A stretch of 63,336 bases of DNA, filler included, from Octopus bimaculoides (Eukaryota): assembly GCF_001194135.2 (NCBI RefSeq). It is 7 parts of 6 records of this genome, joined end to end, with 100 filler letters (N's around TTAATTAATTAA, not from the genome) between each part and the next. Parts side by side here need not be neighbours in the genome. Positions count along the whole stretch, not along the records: positions 33,457 to 60,344 come from NC_068995.1; 6 more parts are not named here. One strand, written 5' to 3'. Position numbers and translations under genes: made by a program. The first letter of the stretch is position 1, and every line of letters begins with the position of its first letter. Below are positions 37,200-51,439 of this stretch, in pieces. The notes below the pieces were generated by a model. That model did no database searches. It was not told the DNA's origin and saw only the letters and a program-made list of their open reading frames with translations.

Positions 37200-38420
37200 T
37201 GAGACAAGACGGACAGCATTGGCCCCTACAGTTGAACCAATGTTTGAGATACTATTGATGGTATTCCTTGATGAAAATTATGTACTCGATCTGGGGTTGC
37301 CTTTGCTCAGCATTTTGATACGTATTCAAATTAAGTCTGGAAACACTTCTGGATGACTGCCTTATATTTTGGAAGAGAAAGAAGTATGTTATTAAAAGAC
37401 TGCTGAAATTAATAAACAATTTGTGAATCAAACCCATTCACTATGGCACTGAATGAAAGGGTACTTTTACTTCGGGATTGTTACAACAAAAATCTACACC
37501 AAGACACGGTCAAACAACAATATTTCAATTTTAGAACCTGTGAAGAACGGTATGTTAAACGAAATATCAAATTTTATACGGCAAGGTATATATGCTCAAT
37601 ACTTACAGACTCAAGTAAACGAGAGAAATGACTGGTAAGACTGAAAATATTAGATTCTAAAAATACCCGAAAAACAGATAAAAGGAAGATAATAAAATAA
37701 AAAAAGACACCGTGAAAGAGACTCCAATTTCGGATATATGGAAAACTCTTCCAATGAGGGTGAAGACAAAGACAAACGCAGAAATATTCTATTTGTAATC
37801 ACTCATAATACCAGAAACTATACCTTAAACTCGGCTAATTGGTATCTTCCAATTCTGTACTGATATGAAATAAAACTAAATTTTCACACATTAGTAACAG
37901 CCGAAAAGAACTACCAAATTCTTAAATAACGCTTTAGTAATACGTAATGTACAACGAAAGAAGAAATAATGCAGGAACGAAATGTGCAAAATTTAGTTGT
38001 GGAGTATGTGTATAGGTTGAAATGGGCAAAAGCACAAACAGTAAAGAATGGTATGTAATTCAAGAAATCAAATGTGAAATGCAAAAGAAAATTATCACAT
38101 TCATTGCTTAATATGTCTGCATCGCAATGAAAATTATTTCGGCCAAACAGGATCAATATTAATCGATCGACTTAATGTATGCGAGTAACAATGTAAAAGT
38201 TCATCTCCGGACGCCTCCCATGTAGCAAAAATCCTAGACATCTATGACCATTGAAAATTGAAAATGTTTCCTTTTTCAAAATAATGAAAATCATACGAAA
38301 GAATACTTCATAAGAATTCTAAATCCAAAATAATCTGAAATATTAAATATCTCGATTGAAAACTATTACCACTATAATGAGTATCTTAAAATACGTTTCT
38401 CTGGCTGCTGAAAATAACGA
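37200..38420 (+). mobile_element. Highly degenerate Penelope-like element (RT C-terminal half + GIY-YIG)
   Basis: Frameshifted LDDCLIFWKR, FTMALNE, QQYFNFRTC...KRNIKFYTARYICSIL, ICLHRNENYFGQTG..L.DRL and KMFPF; colinear with 1825-4370. Confidence 0.75.
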
Positions 38421-39583
38421 AAACAGCTTAACACAGAAAAAAATCTGTGTATAAAGTTTATGTAATTCTATTTAGTTTTCAAGATTTTTATATACTAATT
38501 AATATTTAATTTCAGTAAATATTTCTTTAAATATTGTGATGGTTCTCACTTTCTACACCTCTTTCACTCTGCTCTCTTATTCCCTCTCTTTACCTGCGTG
38601 GCATTGTAATATTTAGAGAGAGCTCACGATGGCACCTCTATATATCCATCATACTTTGGAGGACACAACATCGGATAATTCATACACAAGCTCGTGTGCG
38701 TGTGTGTGTGCATGGATTTTTATATATGTGTGAGTGAATCTCTGTTTATAAATATATATATATATGTATATATAATTATGTGGTTTAAACAATAACTTAC
38801 CTGCATCTGGATACCTTCTAACGAAGACAGTACCCACACAAGTAATTTCCAGGAGTGCCTTCGGATTTAACTATCCCCTGGTTGCTTAGATACTTCAGAC
38901 TACCCCCGAAATATTGAAGCAATCCTATCATTTACCTATATGTATATATATATATATATATATNNNNNNNNNNNNNNNNNNNNNNNNNNNNNNNNNNNNN
39001 NNNNNNNNNNNNNNNNNNNNNNNNNNNNNNNNNNNNNNNNNNNNNNNNNNNNNNNNNNNNNNNNNNNNNNNNNNNNNNNNNNNNNNNNNNNNNNNNNNNN
39101 NNNNNNNNNNNNNNNNNNNNNNNNNNNNNNNNNNNNNNNNNNNNTATATATATATATATATACATATATATGTATGTATGTATGTATGTATGCATGTATG
39201 TATGTATATATGCATGTATACATATATGAATGTATGTGTCTATGTGTGTAGTTACAGTTATTATTGCAAATATGAACACAATCATGTGTGTGAGTATTTG
39301 TGTCTGCATTTGCCTCTGTACACCTATAGTTTTAAATGTGTACATGACTTACGGTCTTTTTCCAACAAATCTGCAAGTATGTATTTTTATTAGTGAAAAG
39401 ATATAGGATCATGTATAAACTTCTTGAAGTATGTAATATTTCAAAATTTAGATTATTGTTAAGTAAATCTAATACTTACATCATAAGTTATATTGCATTG
39501 AATATGATTATTGCAAAAACACATACATAACTTCCCATGCATCCATCCGTCCATCCGTTCGTCTCTCCGTCTGTCTATCTATA

Positions 39584-39645
<62 letters not shown>

Positions 39646-39693
39646 ACGATTGATCGATCTATCTATCAATAAATGTGTGCGTCTGTGTGTGTG

Positions 39694-39748
<55 letters not shown>

Positions 39749-39770
39749 GTGTGCACGTGCNNNNNNNNNN

Positions 39771-39808
<38 letters not shown>

Positions 39809-40067
39809 TGTGTGTGTGTGTGTGTGCATGGAATTATTAAATTCAGGTTAACATATTTCGAAACATGTTAATAGATAGCAACCTAGCACATATCACCAAG
39901 GAGAAAGAGATGGGAATCCAGTAAATTCTAAAATTCCTCTTTCCAGGAAAGCGTCGCTAAGGGATTATTCCCTAAAGAAGAAATATTTACATCTAGTGCG
40001 TTACATCTTCTTATATACGTATATATATATACACATACATATGAATATAGATTTCTACGTGTGAGCA

Positions 40068-40141
<74 letters not shown>

Positions 40142-40377
40142 CACTTACGCATATACATCTTTGTATGTGTGTCGGATTCTATGTATGTGTGTGTATGTGT
40201 CTCTGTCTGTATATATGCATGAGTGAGTTGACCTTGTAAGAAATGCAAATATATCTGCTGCAAGGTATCAAGGAACTTAATTAGACACTTTATGGTACTG
40301 TAATACTTGTTTGCCCTTATGAAGCCTATAGCAGAAATGTATTATAACACACCTGGTGCATTAATATATAGATTATG

Positions 40378-40425
<48 letters not shown>

Positions 40426-43099
40426 CGTATTTTAGATTATCAATGTTAGATTATTGAAATACGTCTTATTTTAACTCTTGACACTTAAATCATGCACTCA
40501 ATATAAGCAAGAAATTTGTTTATAGAAAATGCATTTCTATAGTTTTATCGAAATATATCTAGAAGCTCAAAGATAAAAATAAAGTGACACAATTCAGTGA
40601 AGAATGAGAGAGAATTGCATCTCTTAAGTGCATGAGCCATAAAGTTTTCCTTACTCAGTATGCTGACAGCTCTTATATTTCAAGCTGTAAATGCCCTAAG
40701 CTTTGCATAATCACCCGGTGTGTATGTTTCTTATCTTGATTATATTTCTCCATATTTTTGTCTTCATTCAGACACCGTTTTTTTTTCTTATTCCAACAAA
40801 CTTCATTTTTACCGGAGACTTAAGAGTTTATTCTACAATATTCTTTCAGTTTATATACTGAACAAAATACCATCTATCTCACCATCACAAAATAGCAGGC
40901 CATAATATGAATTATTGAAATTCAGATGTATTGAAGTCCTTGTATCAAGCGAAGCAATGAGAAATGCCTATTACACCTCTATGTTTTCTTTACGCCAACG
41001 TTCCCCCTCCAACACAAATTTAGTTGATCATAATTATTATATTACGGTATGTGGAAGCGAATAAGGATTATTACGCTGCGACACCATCAATCGGCTGAGC
41101 ATACAATGAGAGGCGAAGACCATGCAAGCAAAGCTGGAAAGCCTACTGGTAGATAAATGATTTGGAGGACTGAACCAAAAATCGTTCTTGCTAGATCTGA
41201 TCTTATTTGATTCTTATCGCGAGAGTGAAACGCCTTATGTTGATAGACCTAACATATCTAATTGCTCTGGGTTACATGACAAATGTATGTTGAATCATAG
41301 GTCGTCCAGGAAATATATATTGCGTACACTACTTGATTTTTCAATGCTCCTATTATTATATATATGAGAACCGACTAAGCCGTCGTTGTTTTATCTGTAT
41401 AGTATCCACAAGTTATTTATTCCCTAAGCAATTCAATTTGTCTAAACTATCAAATGTACATTAATGCACATTTGTTCAATGATTCGTACATCAATTTTGG
41501 CAATTACTGTGAAGAGTATGATTTATTAATGAAATTTTTTATCATGATTGCTGAAATAATTAAAATAATATTAGCTATTGACATCTATTCATTTATTCTC
41601 TGTGCATATTAATTTCAAGTAGGATTTTCAATGCTCCTATCATTACTAATGTTAACACTAACTTGGCTGTTCAAACTCCATATGTTTCAAAATATTACCT
41701 CACTGTAGCTATTTGAAAACGTATTATATTTTAATCTTCAAACTATATAAAAATGTTTAGCATTCATGTTATTTATTTTCCGGTTTACTTCTGATCTTTA
41801 AAATTCTGTTCACAATTTTAGAGATTATTTTCAGTTGATTAGCTTATCAGCATTGTAAATTAGTACTTCTATGGAGACGCAATACTAGCTAGAAAAATAA
41901 AAATTGTTTGCTTTGACTTAATGTAAAGATGTCAAGTTAGAGAAAATAATTATATTTGAAAATTCATAAGTGAAATTAGCTGTCTGGTGAATGTTATGAG
42001 CAACGGTTATATATAAATAATAATTTTCATTATTGAGAAGAAACCTAAGGAAGATATGCATAGTATCACACATTGCTTCCAGTGTTCTAAAAATTTGTCA
42101 TCAATCAATTAATAATGAGTCAACATTTAAGAAGAGAAAATGTGCTAGAAAGAGAAGCTTAAGCAATTATATTCGGTAATTAATTAAAATTGTAATGGCT
42201 TGTCACTTTGGTATTGATGAATAGTTCACTAATTGCCATTGTGTGGCTCCGATCATTTTCCCTTCTTTCTATAAAATTGCACAGAAATAAAGAATCGCTC
42301 CAGAATTTGTTTCTCAAACTGCTTTTTTTAATAAAAAATAAACCCATCTTCTCGGGAGGATAAATACAGTTGGAATTTTGCAGGTAATTAAAACAGTCCG
42401 GAGGATTATTAACAATTTAAATGTACAATGTCCAACTAAATTGTCCTGCATGTTTGTATGAGGCATCCGTTTTCATAGTATAAGGCCGAGCAATAATGTT
42501 GGCGTTTTCAAATATTAATATTCCTCGTTCTGTTTGAAGGACAAGAATTTTAATTTTGTTTTTGTGAAATACTTTGAGTCCATCAAATTCAATATGCTGT
42601 AATTTAACTAGTGTGAAGCATCACATATATAAATGAATACCTGGTGTGATATGTCACACATATAATGAGAAATGTCTCTGAGGTGTTTCAGTTATAAGTG
42701 AATCAAGTGTTGGTATTTAATTAAGCGAGTTATGAGTTCGTATTCTCGCCTAGGACATTTATACATTCAAGCTCATTTATGCCTAATCCACATTATTTGC
42801 GGAATAAAAGCTTGATTTATTGTTATCAAAATTAATACTGAGATAATGAACATTCGTTCCTCTGCAACAATATCTAAAATAATAAATTGTATAAACAATA
42901 TCTAACATGTAAATGAGAGAACACTCGAATAATCATATCTATAATAAAATAAATATGAAGTAAAATGTATCTGGTTTTAAATATATACATGCCTTCTCTC
43001 TCTCTCGTTCTCTCTCTCGTTCTATCTCTCGCTCTATCTCTCGCTCTATCTCTCACACATACACGTACACAAACACATACCTATATATATTTTCTTTTA

Positions 43100-43138
<39 letters not shown>

Positions 43139-44489
43139 TATATACATATATATATANNNNNNNNNNNNNNNNNNNNNNNNNNNNNNNNNNNNNNNNNNNN
43201 NNNNNNNNNNNNNNNNNNNNNNNNNNNNNNNNNNNNNNNNNNNNNNNNNNNNNNNNNNNNNNNNNNNNNNNNNNNNNNNNNNNNNNNNNNNNNNNNNNNN
43301 NNNNNNNNNNNNNNNNNNNNNNNNNNNNNNNNNNNNNNNNNNNNNNNNNNNNNNNNNNNNNNNNNNNNNNNNNNNNNNTATATATATATATATATCTGTC
43401 TCTATGTCGCTCTCTCTCTCAATATATATGTGCGTGTGTGTGTGTGTCTGTGCGTGAGTGTATGTATGTATTGATGCATGTATGGATACATATTTATATG
43501 TATTATATATGTTTGTGTGTATGTCTGCATGTGTGAATGTAAATAATCAATTACGAAACAATCACACTTCCATGATAGTATGGTTGCATGATAACCACTT
43601 ATATCACTGCAAGAAATACTGAAATCCATCAATTAATTTGTTCCACTTATACAGGATATTATATCTATTACATATCATTTAACTGTTAAATACTTTTGTC
43701 TACGACTGTCTCAAATTATTTCAGCCTTAGGCTAAAATAAAACATGGAGACAGAAAACTATTTTACATTCTTCACCAGTATATTGACAAAAGGAACAAAG
43801 ACATAGCATTATAGCTATTAGTTTCCATATGTAAGAAATAGCAAGAGATAAGAATAAGAAGAGGATAATATTGAAGAAAAAAAGAAACGAAATTAGTTCA
43901 GTGAAATGTCTTTAAAACCTGAGGCAAATGGCACTTTCTATTTGTGATGCTTTTAGCAAAGTACATCAGGTAAGAACACACTATACCAGAGAATGAATGC
44001 CTCAGTGACTGTTGTGCCTTCTGGTCATTTTCCAATGTAGTATAGCTAAATTATGCATTTTTCTATTCACATTCGTCCCTCAATCTCAATGGAATATTTT
44101 CATCCAACGACAAAATTCGGTTACATCGTTTAACTTAATTTCATTCTGTTATAAACATATTCGTATATATCAATTGCTATTTGTGTATGATATACACGTT
44201 TGGAATATCTAGTATACACATTAAGATTTAGTATCAATGAACTGCTTTAAATTTTTCAAAATACGAAGATAATAGGTAAAGTTAGTTTAGAAATAAATAT
44301 TGAGGTAAATAATCCCAATAATTTAAGTATTATCAATCAATAGTACAGGGGCACTGGAAACACGTGATGGTAATATATTTTTTAAAAAAAACTATATTTT
44401 TACCTAATATACCCTAATGTACTCTTTCAAGACACGCGTGGATTAGATTACAATAAATTATATGGCAATTTTGTAAAACTTACAGCAAT

Positions 44490-44945
44490 TTTCATAACAG
44501 CAACAGCAACAATACAACGAAAACGCCGACAACGACAAGAAGAAAAACAAGAAGAGGAGGAGGAGGAGGAGGAGGAGGAAACAGAAGCAGAAGAAGAAGA
44601 AGAAGAAGAAGAAGAAGAAGAAGAAGAAGAAGAAAAAGAAGAAGAAGAAGATGAAGAAGAATAAGAACAACAACAACAAAAACAACAGCAACTATAACTA
44701 AAATTACAAAAATCATTCTTTCTTTTGTAGGATAGGGCTAGTCTATTATATGCATCCCAATATTTGATTGGTACTTATATGAATTTCTAAGGGATGGAAA
44801 GGCAAACTCCGTAGAGTTACAAATTAAATCGTAAACTCAGAACTTTACGGCAGACGAAATCCCGCTATCCATTTCGCCCGGCGTGCGCTATCTATTTTTG
44901 CCAGCTCGCTACCTTAAAAAAACCGTAACTGCAATAACAACAGAA

Positions 44946-44977
<32 letters not shown>

Positions 44978-45125
44978 GACGACGATGACGGCAGCGGCAG
45001 CGTTGGTGATGATGATGGTGATGATGATGATGATGATGATGAAGATGATGATGATGATGATGATGATTTTGACGCTGATGATCACGACGATGACGACGAC
45101 GATGACGACAACGATGACGACGATG
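44490..45125. repeat. Trinucleotide microsatellite blocks (GAG/GAA/CAA; GAT/GAC) flanking a SINE family 1 copy at about 44725-44915 (-)
   Basis: Repeats are directly visible. The SINE is recognised by catttcgcccggcgtgc and gccagctcgctacctt. Confidence 0.85.
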
Positions 45126-45197
45126 CGATTCCAAATTTTGACACAAACCAGCAATTTCAAGATCAAATTTGCTCACAAAAAAAAACAACCAGGCTAA

Positions 45198-45696
45198 CGT
45201 TTCTGCGACACATTTGACGAAACAATAGACCATTCCATCTCGCGATGTTCTTTGCTGATACCAAATGAATACAAACATCGCCACGATATGGTAGAACATT
45301 ATTTGCATTAGAAAATATATGAACACAAAATACTCACTCTTGCTTACTCGTATGAACGTCATCCTGAGCCAGTCGTTGAAGGCAAAAATGTTACTATTCT
45401 CTGGGAGTTTCTAGTCAACACTGACGGAACGATCCAAGGTAATCGACGAGGCATAATTAGTAAAGACAGGGAAGAAAATACTTGTAGATTAATAGATGCA
45501 AGTGTTCCCACTGATGAAAATATATCTGTCAAGAAATTTGACAAACTAAGTAGATATAAGGACCTGGAAATTGAAATACAAAAGATGTATTATCTTAAAA
45601 ACGAGAACTGTTCCTGTTATTGTAAGTGCCCTAGTTATGATGAGAAAGGGACGTCAGAGACCTGTAAATCCCAGAAGAACCATGCCTCAGAGAAAT
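45198..45696 (+). mobile_element. R4/Dong-like non-LTR retrotransposon C-terminal fragment (CCHC finger + restriction-like endonuclease)
   Basis: RFCDTFDETIDHSISRC...EYKHRHD, HPEPVVEGKNVTILWEF, CRLIDASVP.D.NI..K..DK.SRYKDLEIEI, TVPVIVSAL. Confidence 0.85.
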
Positions 45697-45697
45697 C

Positions 45698-45698
45698 C

Positions 45699-45760
<62 letters not shown>

Positions 45761-45985
45761 TAAAAATAATAATAATAATAATAACAACAACAACAATAAT
45801 AATAATCCTTTATACTATAAGTAGAAGGCCTTAAATATTTAGGAAGGAGGCTACTTGATTACACCGACCTCAGTGTTCGAATGGCAGTGATTTTATCAAG
45901 CCTCATAGTATGCAACGCAAAGTCGACCTTGGTGGAATTTGAACTGAGAACATAAAAAACAGACGAAACGTCACTAAGGATTCTG

Positions 45986-46056
<71 letters not shown>

Positions 46057-46085
46057 AATGATGATGATGATGACAACAACAACAA
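45698..46085 (-). mobile_element. SINE family 1 copy (about 45803-45985) embedded in (AAT)n tracts
   Basis: aatcctttatactata tail and gcaaagtcgaccttggtggaatttgaactgagaac body, with (AAT)n on both sides. Confidence 0.8.
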
Positions 46086-46899
46086 TCCAAATATCGAACA
46101 AATTGTATGGTATTTTAGTATATTGTTTGAAAACCAAGTGAATGAGTGCTCTACCAAAAGCCATATCGACCCTTTATAAATTGGACATATAAAATATTTT
46201 CCAAGTTTGAATGCAATAATATTATGCTCTATTGATTTTATAGGAGAGGAAAGTAGAGCATCTCTGACCATTATAATCCACCCAGACATAAAAGATCGAT
46301 ATTACATTTTGTTTCCTGAAAAGTATTCATTACCGTAGAATTCATTTGTTGGGAGAAATACCTGTTTTCAATGCAGCTCTATAATTCGGTGCTGATGTAG
46401 AGGTTTTACTTTAATATCTCTGAGAAAATTTGAACTATATCTGCGACGGAATAAAACACTTCCAGAAGACAAGTTAATAATTAGTGACTCAGCTTTCACT
46501 TTAAATGCATGCACACGGAAGCGTGTTGGAGAAACCGTGGAGACGAATAACATTACAACTTGAACTTTAACCGTTTATTAAATTAAATTAATTAGACTTA
46601 ATCACCAATCATTAAATGGTAATAATAAAATAATACTTAACAGAACACAATAGAGGTATGTATACCGGGATCAACTCCAATATATATATATATATATANN
46701 NNNNNNNNNNNNNNNNNNNNNNNNNNNNNNNNNNNNNNNNNNNNNNNNNNNNNNNNNNNNNNNNNNNNNNNNNNNNNNNNNNNNNNNNNNNNNNNNNNNN
46801 NNNNNNNNNNNNNNNNGATAACTAAGTATATGAACTGTTGCCATAGTAATGAAGCTAGATCATACAGAGTAGAGCCGCTTGACAAAGATTGACCTGGAA

Positions 46900-47225
46900 C
46901 TCAGCTGTGCATGCGCGCTAAGATTTAACGTTTTAACTCACTTCCGCTGTTCACAACAGTGCTTCGAAGGAAGGTGGTTAGCGTTTGATCATCGCATTGA
47001 CCCTGACAGAGGAAGTTGTCATGGCTTTACCTGCTCAATAGCGTACATAAAGTTGTAGAAAGTGTATGGAAAAGAATGCATGGGCCGCTCACAAGTGTAT
47101 GAGTAGTTCAGATGTTTCCAAGATGGCCGAAAAATGTCGATATTGACGAACGTTCTGGGAAACACGCAACAAAGAGAACTGAGAAAAACATCAACACAAG
47201 AACTTACAAACTTCGAGAGAAATGA
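46900..47225 (+). mobile_element. mariner transposase N-terminal fragment
   Basis: VYGKECMGRSQVYE*F.CFQDGRKNVDIDERSGKH.TKRTEKNI is an HTH region typical of DD34D mariners. Confidence 0.7.
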
Positions 47226-49069
47226 ATGATTTGCAGTTATCTCATTGGAATTCCACCATCAAAATAATTTACTTCATTTCTCACAAAGTTTCTCAATTCT
47301 TGAAATATAAGCACGCGCACATGTACATGCACAAAGAAATACACCCGCACGCAAAAACACGCACAGGTACACGCACACTCAAAGACATACACCGGCATAT
47401 ATATATATATATATATATANNNNNNNNNNNNNNNNNNNNNNNNNNNNNNNNNNNNNNNNNNNNNNNNNNNNNNNNNNNNNNNNNNNNNNNNNNNNNNNNN
47501 NNNNNNNNNNNNNNNNNNNNNNNNNNNNNNNNNNNNNNNNNNNNNNNNNNNNNNNNNNNNNNNNNNNNNNNNNNNNNNNNNNNNNNNNNNNNNNNAGAAA
47601 TAATATTCTTAAGATTATAAACTTGAAAAAGTACAGGACAAGATATCACATCTGTTAAATACAGAACAAGAAAATTTTAAGTATAGAACTAAATTATCAC
47701 CCACAAATTTGAGAAACAAACTCTCATAACGTTTTTCTTTTAAAACTTCATTGCATGAGATTGATACCATGAAATTCCTCGAACTAAGCTCTACTATTTA
47801 AGCCTTATTAAAATATAGCTTATTTTAAAAATAATAAAGTTAATTATACTTAAATCCAATGTTTGCCTTATACTTTTTTCATGATATTTTACCTCACAAC
47901 GTTTTTGATACAAATATTTGTTGCATGGAACGAAAACTATGAAATTTTTCATGCTTTCGTCTATTATTGAAACTAAGATAAATATATTTTGCTTTAAGAT
48001 AAAAAAAAGAAAGTTGTTTAGAGCTAAACTTGATTGGAGGTGTTACTTACTCTCCTATAACATTGCTTCATATGTTGATGTAGACATTTTCTACTGGACA
48101 AATCTCAATTTCGTTAATGCCAAAATGGACATGTTCTCTTCAAAATTGTTAAGAGTTTTTAATTTTGTTAAGAACTGAATTAGCGACAAAGTCCGAAAGA
48201 TGCTACATGTGAGTAAATTGTGGCCTTAATATTCACTCCTTTTTACCTCCCTTTTTATCCTTCTCTCACCCAATCTAGTTAATTTCCTTAAAGCCATTTT
48301 AAATTTCTAGAGTTCCTTTACAACCTGACATCCAACATATGTATATGCGTATATAACCGCTTTCGATATCGTACGTATATTTTCGGTGTGCACAATAATT
48401 TATATGTGCTTTACTAAGTGTGTTTATGGGTGTGTTATAGTGCGGTTGTGTCTGTCGACGTTTCGGGATGTGTCCCTTTCTCAATGTGTGTGAACTCCCT
48501 ACTTTTTATTCCCTCTTACTTCCCATAATGTTTACCCATCTCCCCTTCTTTCCTTTCTTTTCCTGCATTTTTTAATATTTACAATTTGCCCGTTACTGGC
48601 CTCTCTTTCTATATTTTGTTTTATCCTTTCTTTCTTTCTCCCTCCCAATCTTTCTATACATCTCCTCTCACAATATCTAGTTTGTCTCGATAACGTCATT
48701 TTAAATTGACATATGCATATGTCTGTGCGTATATTTGTGCTTATGTATGTATATATGTAAATACACGTATATATATGTGTTTGTGTGTATTTATATGTAT
48801 ACATCTATGTATACGTTTATATATCAAATATATATGTACACACACACACATATAGATATACATTTATGTGTATGTTTATGTATATTAATGCGTGTGTATG
48901 TATATGTGGTTGTATGCGTCTGTGTTTTCTCTATGTAAGTAACATTTACATATACACGTCACATATTTGAGTGTTTATGCGTATGTGCACATAAATCTGA
49001 ATACGTTACATTTTACACGACTTTTTATTTTTGTTAACATGTCTGGTTGATAAGATTGGTATTTGTATC

Positions 49070-49154
49070 CTTCCTGATGAGATTGATGCATTGCTGGCCA
49101 TAATTTATCCTGTCGGACATTCTTGGAGCGCATCCGTCGAAACATATGTGGAAG
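49070..49154 (+). ncRNA. Type-I hammerhead-like motif, long helix II, non-cleavable GUG triplet
   Basis: CTTC-CTGATGA-[58 nt; GATTGATGC/GCATCCGTC]-GAAA-CATATGT-G-GAAG. Confidence 0.6.
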
Positions 49155-49331
49155 AATTCAAGATATAAATGGTTTAGCAACATCCCTAGAGTTCGTCTCC
49201 TTATTCAATTTCATATTTTCTATCAAATACGGCTTACTAAGCCAGATTTATATCGTGGGACACTTAACAAACATTTAGCTACGTCGTAATTATTCCCCAA
49301 GATTTTTCCTATAAATTGTAAACAATGTGTA

Positions 49332-49366
<35 letters not shown>

Positions 49367-50759
49367 NNNNNNNNNNNNNNNNNNNNNNNNNNNNNNNNNN
49401 NNNNNNNNNNNNNNNNNNNNNNNNNNNNNNNNNNNNNNNNNNNNNNNNNNNNNNNNNNNNNNNNNNNNNNNNNNNNNNNNNNNNNNNNNNNNNNNNNNNN
49501 NNNNNNNNNNNNNNNNNNNNNNNNNNATATATATATATATATATATAGGCGCGTTTTCAAGTATATTGTATGCAAAATTTACACTGTTTTCCCTACCTAT
49601 TTTCTACCATGAAAGAATAAAAACACGGTGTAAGCAAATGCTTTCCCCTCAATAATATAGTAGCAAACAGGATTTGTTGCCTTGGCATTCACATTATATT
49701 ATCATAAAGACTTACGCAAAAGGTTAGTATGGAGCAGACATTTTATATCTTGGGACGAATGTTACAAATATCACAAATGATAAATATCTGCCGAATTCAC
49801 ATTTTGTAAACAGAAGTATTTACCCTTTCTAATTTTTCTTATCAATGCAATTATGTATTCGTTTACTGTGATAACGGCAAACAAATTTACTCTACTTTCT
49901 AAACTTTTGTTCTTACAATTTTGCCAACGCACTCGAAAAGTAGTTTTATCGGATAATACTAATACATTACTAATACATTTTATAGTGTATCACTTTCGAA
50001 ATGATTTAATTCCAGTTAGCATTTGAAATGGATTGTTTAATATATCAACTTTTCTTATCCTTTTATGAACAACGCAAGGGAATCTGAAGCACAAAATGCC
50101 AGGTCAATGTACATATGTACACTATGCATTTTTTCGACAAAGCCAACGAGAATACTTTATGTGGTTATGCAATGTATTGGAAATAGTAGCATAAATACCT
50201 TTCTAAGCTTATATTCTCTGCAAACCTAACAATAATGGTTAATGTGATAAATGGCGTGTATTTCTGTTACAACGAAGACATGTTTTTGCCTGGATGTTTT
50301 CATGTGGAGGAAGATGCCTTGTCCATAATTTGTGCAGATATGACAAGGTTAATGTGCTTGGAAGGGAATATTGGTGTTTATAATTAGTGTGAAGACTGAA
50401 AGGAAAATATAATACTTCAATGTAATGACGAAAAACAAATCAGTTGCAAATGTCAGAGATGCGTGAATTGCACCAGACGAGTGAATTGCGAGAGGTACAG
50501 TTAAAAGGATAGACACTGAAAGCAACACAACTCAGCATAATTGTGAAGTAAATGTTGGCGAATATTGGTGTCTTCTATTCTGTTCATTCAAAGATTGTCT
50601 TGTATTAGTGACCCTATTTGGAAAGTTGGAGTACCACATTGGAGCTACAACTGAAGCTTTTTAAAGGGTTAATAATTACTCGGCGTGGAAACATTTAATT
50701 TTGTTACTCTAATCATTAGCATAATCTGGTCGGTCTTCCTGAGATATGTTTAATCTACG

Positions 50760-51150
50760 CACGCTGTCCATCTTGGTCCTGCACTAGTTGAGATACATTT
50801 GGTGAAGTATACTCTGCCTCTTCTGAGTCGACGCACATACGTTATGTTTGGACGATCCGCTCAAGTACGGCTATGCTTTATAGCAGTAGTTCACTTGACA
50901 GCTTTTGTTTAGCTCGCTTTTGTTTAGCTATGGTTTACTGCCCCGCAAAGCGCAAACCTTTCACTTTTGTAATGGCGAAAACAGGTAGATCACCGTACAG
51001 CTTTTTCCTAATAGGATGAGTTGTCCAATATACGTTTATGACTACTCTTAACATTCAGGCATAAGTTCCGTCTAGCTTAGATTCTAGATGTCGTTATATG
51101 AAACAAGTTGTTCTATCATATAAAAGGCCAGAAAATGCTAAAAGCAGAGA
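50760..51150 (-). mobile_element. RTE-clade LINE C-terminal fragment
   Basis: LESKLDGTYA*MLRVVINVYWTTHP..KLYGDLP, LRFAGQ, GRPNITYVRRL. Confidence 0.7.
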
Positions 51151-51439
51151 TACACTTTCATACCAAATTCTCTTTTACACCAAAGCCGTAGTACTCCGGG
51201 GAGACCCACTGGCACACATTTCATTGACGACCTAAGATTATATTCTGGTAACATTAACAGCATGAAGGGACTATTAGAATTATTCACAATATTCTCACTA
51301 GACATAATAATGGAGTATGGGAAAAATAAATAAGCATACATGACAGTCATCGCAGGAAAGATTGTCATCCAGTGAACATGCGCATAAATGGCTTGTCTAT
51401 ATCACCAATATCTAATGGTGAGAACTTTAAGATGAGAAC

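Noticed and set aside
45690-45805. (AAT)n directly after the R4/Dong-like fragment as evidence of Dong-type TAA target specificity
   Set aside because: The fragment stops before the expected C-terminal end of the ORF, and the tract can equally be the (ATT)n tail of the opposite-strand SINE, so the evidence is ambiguous.
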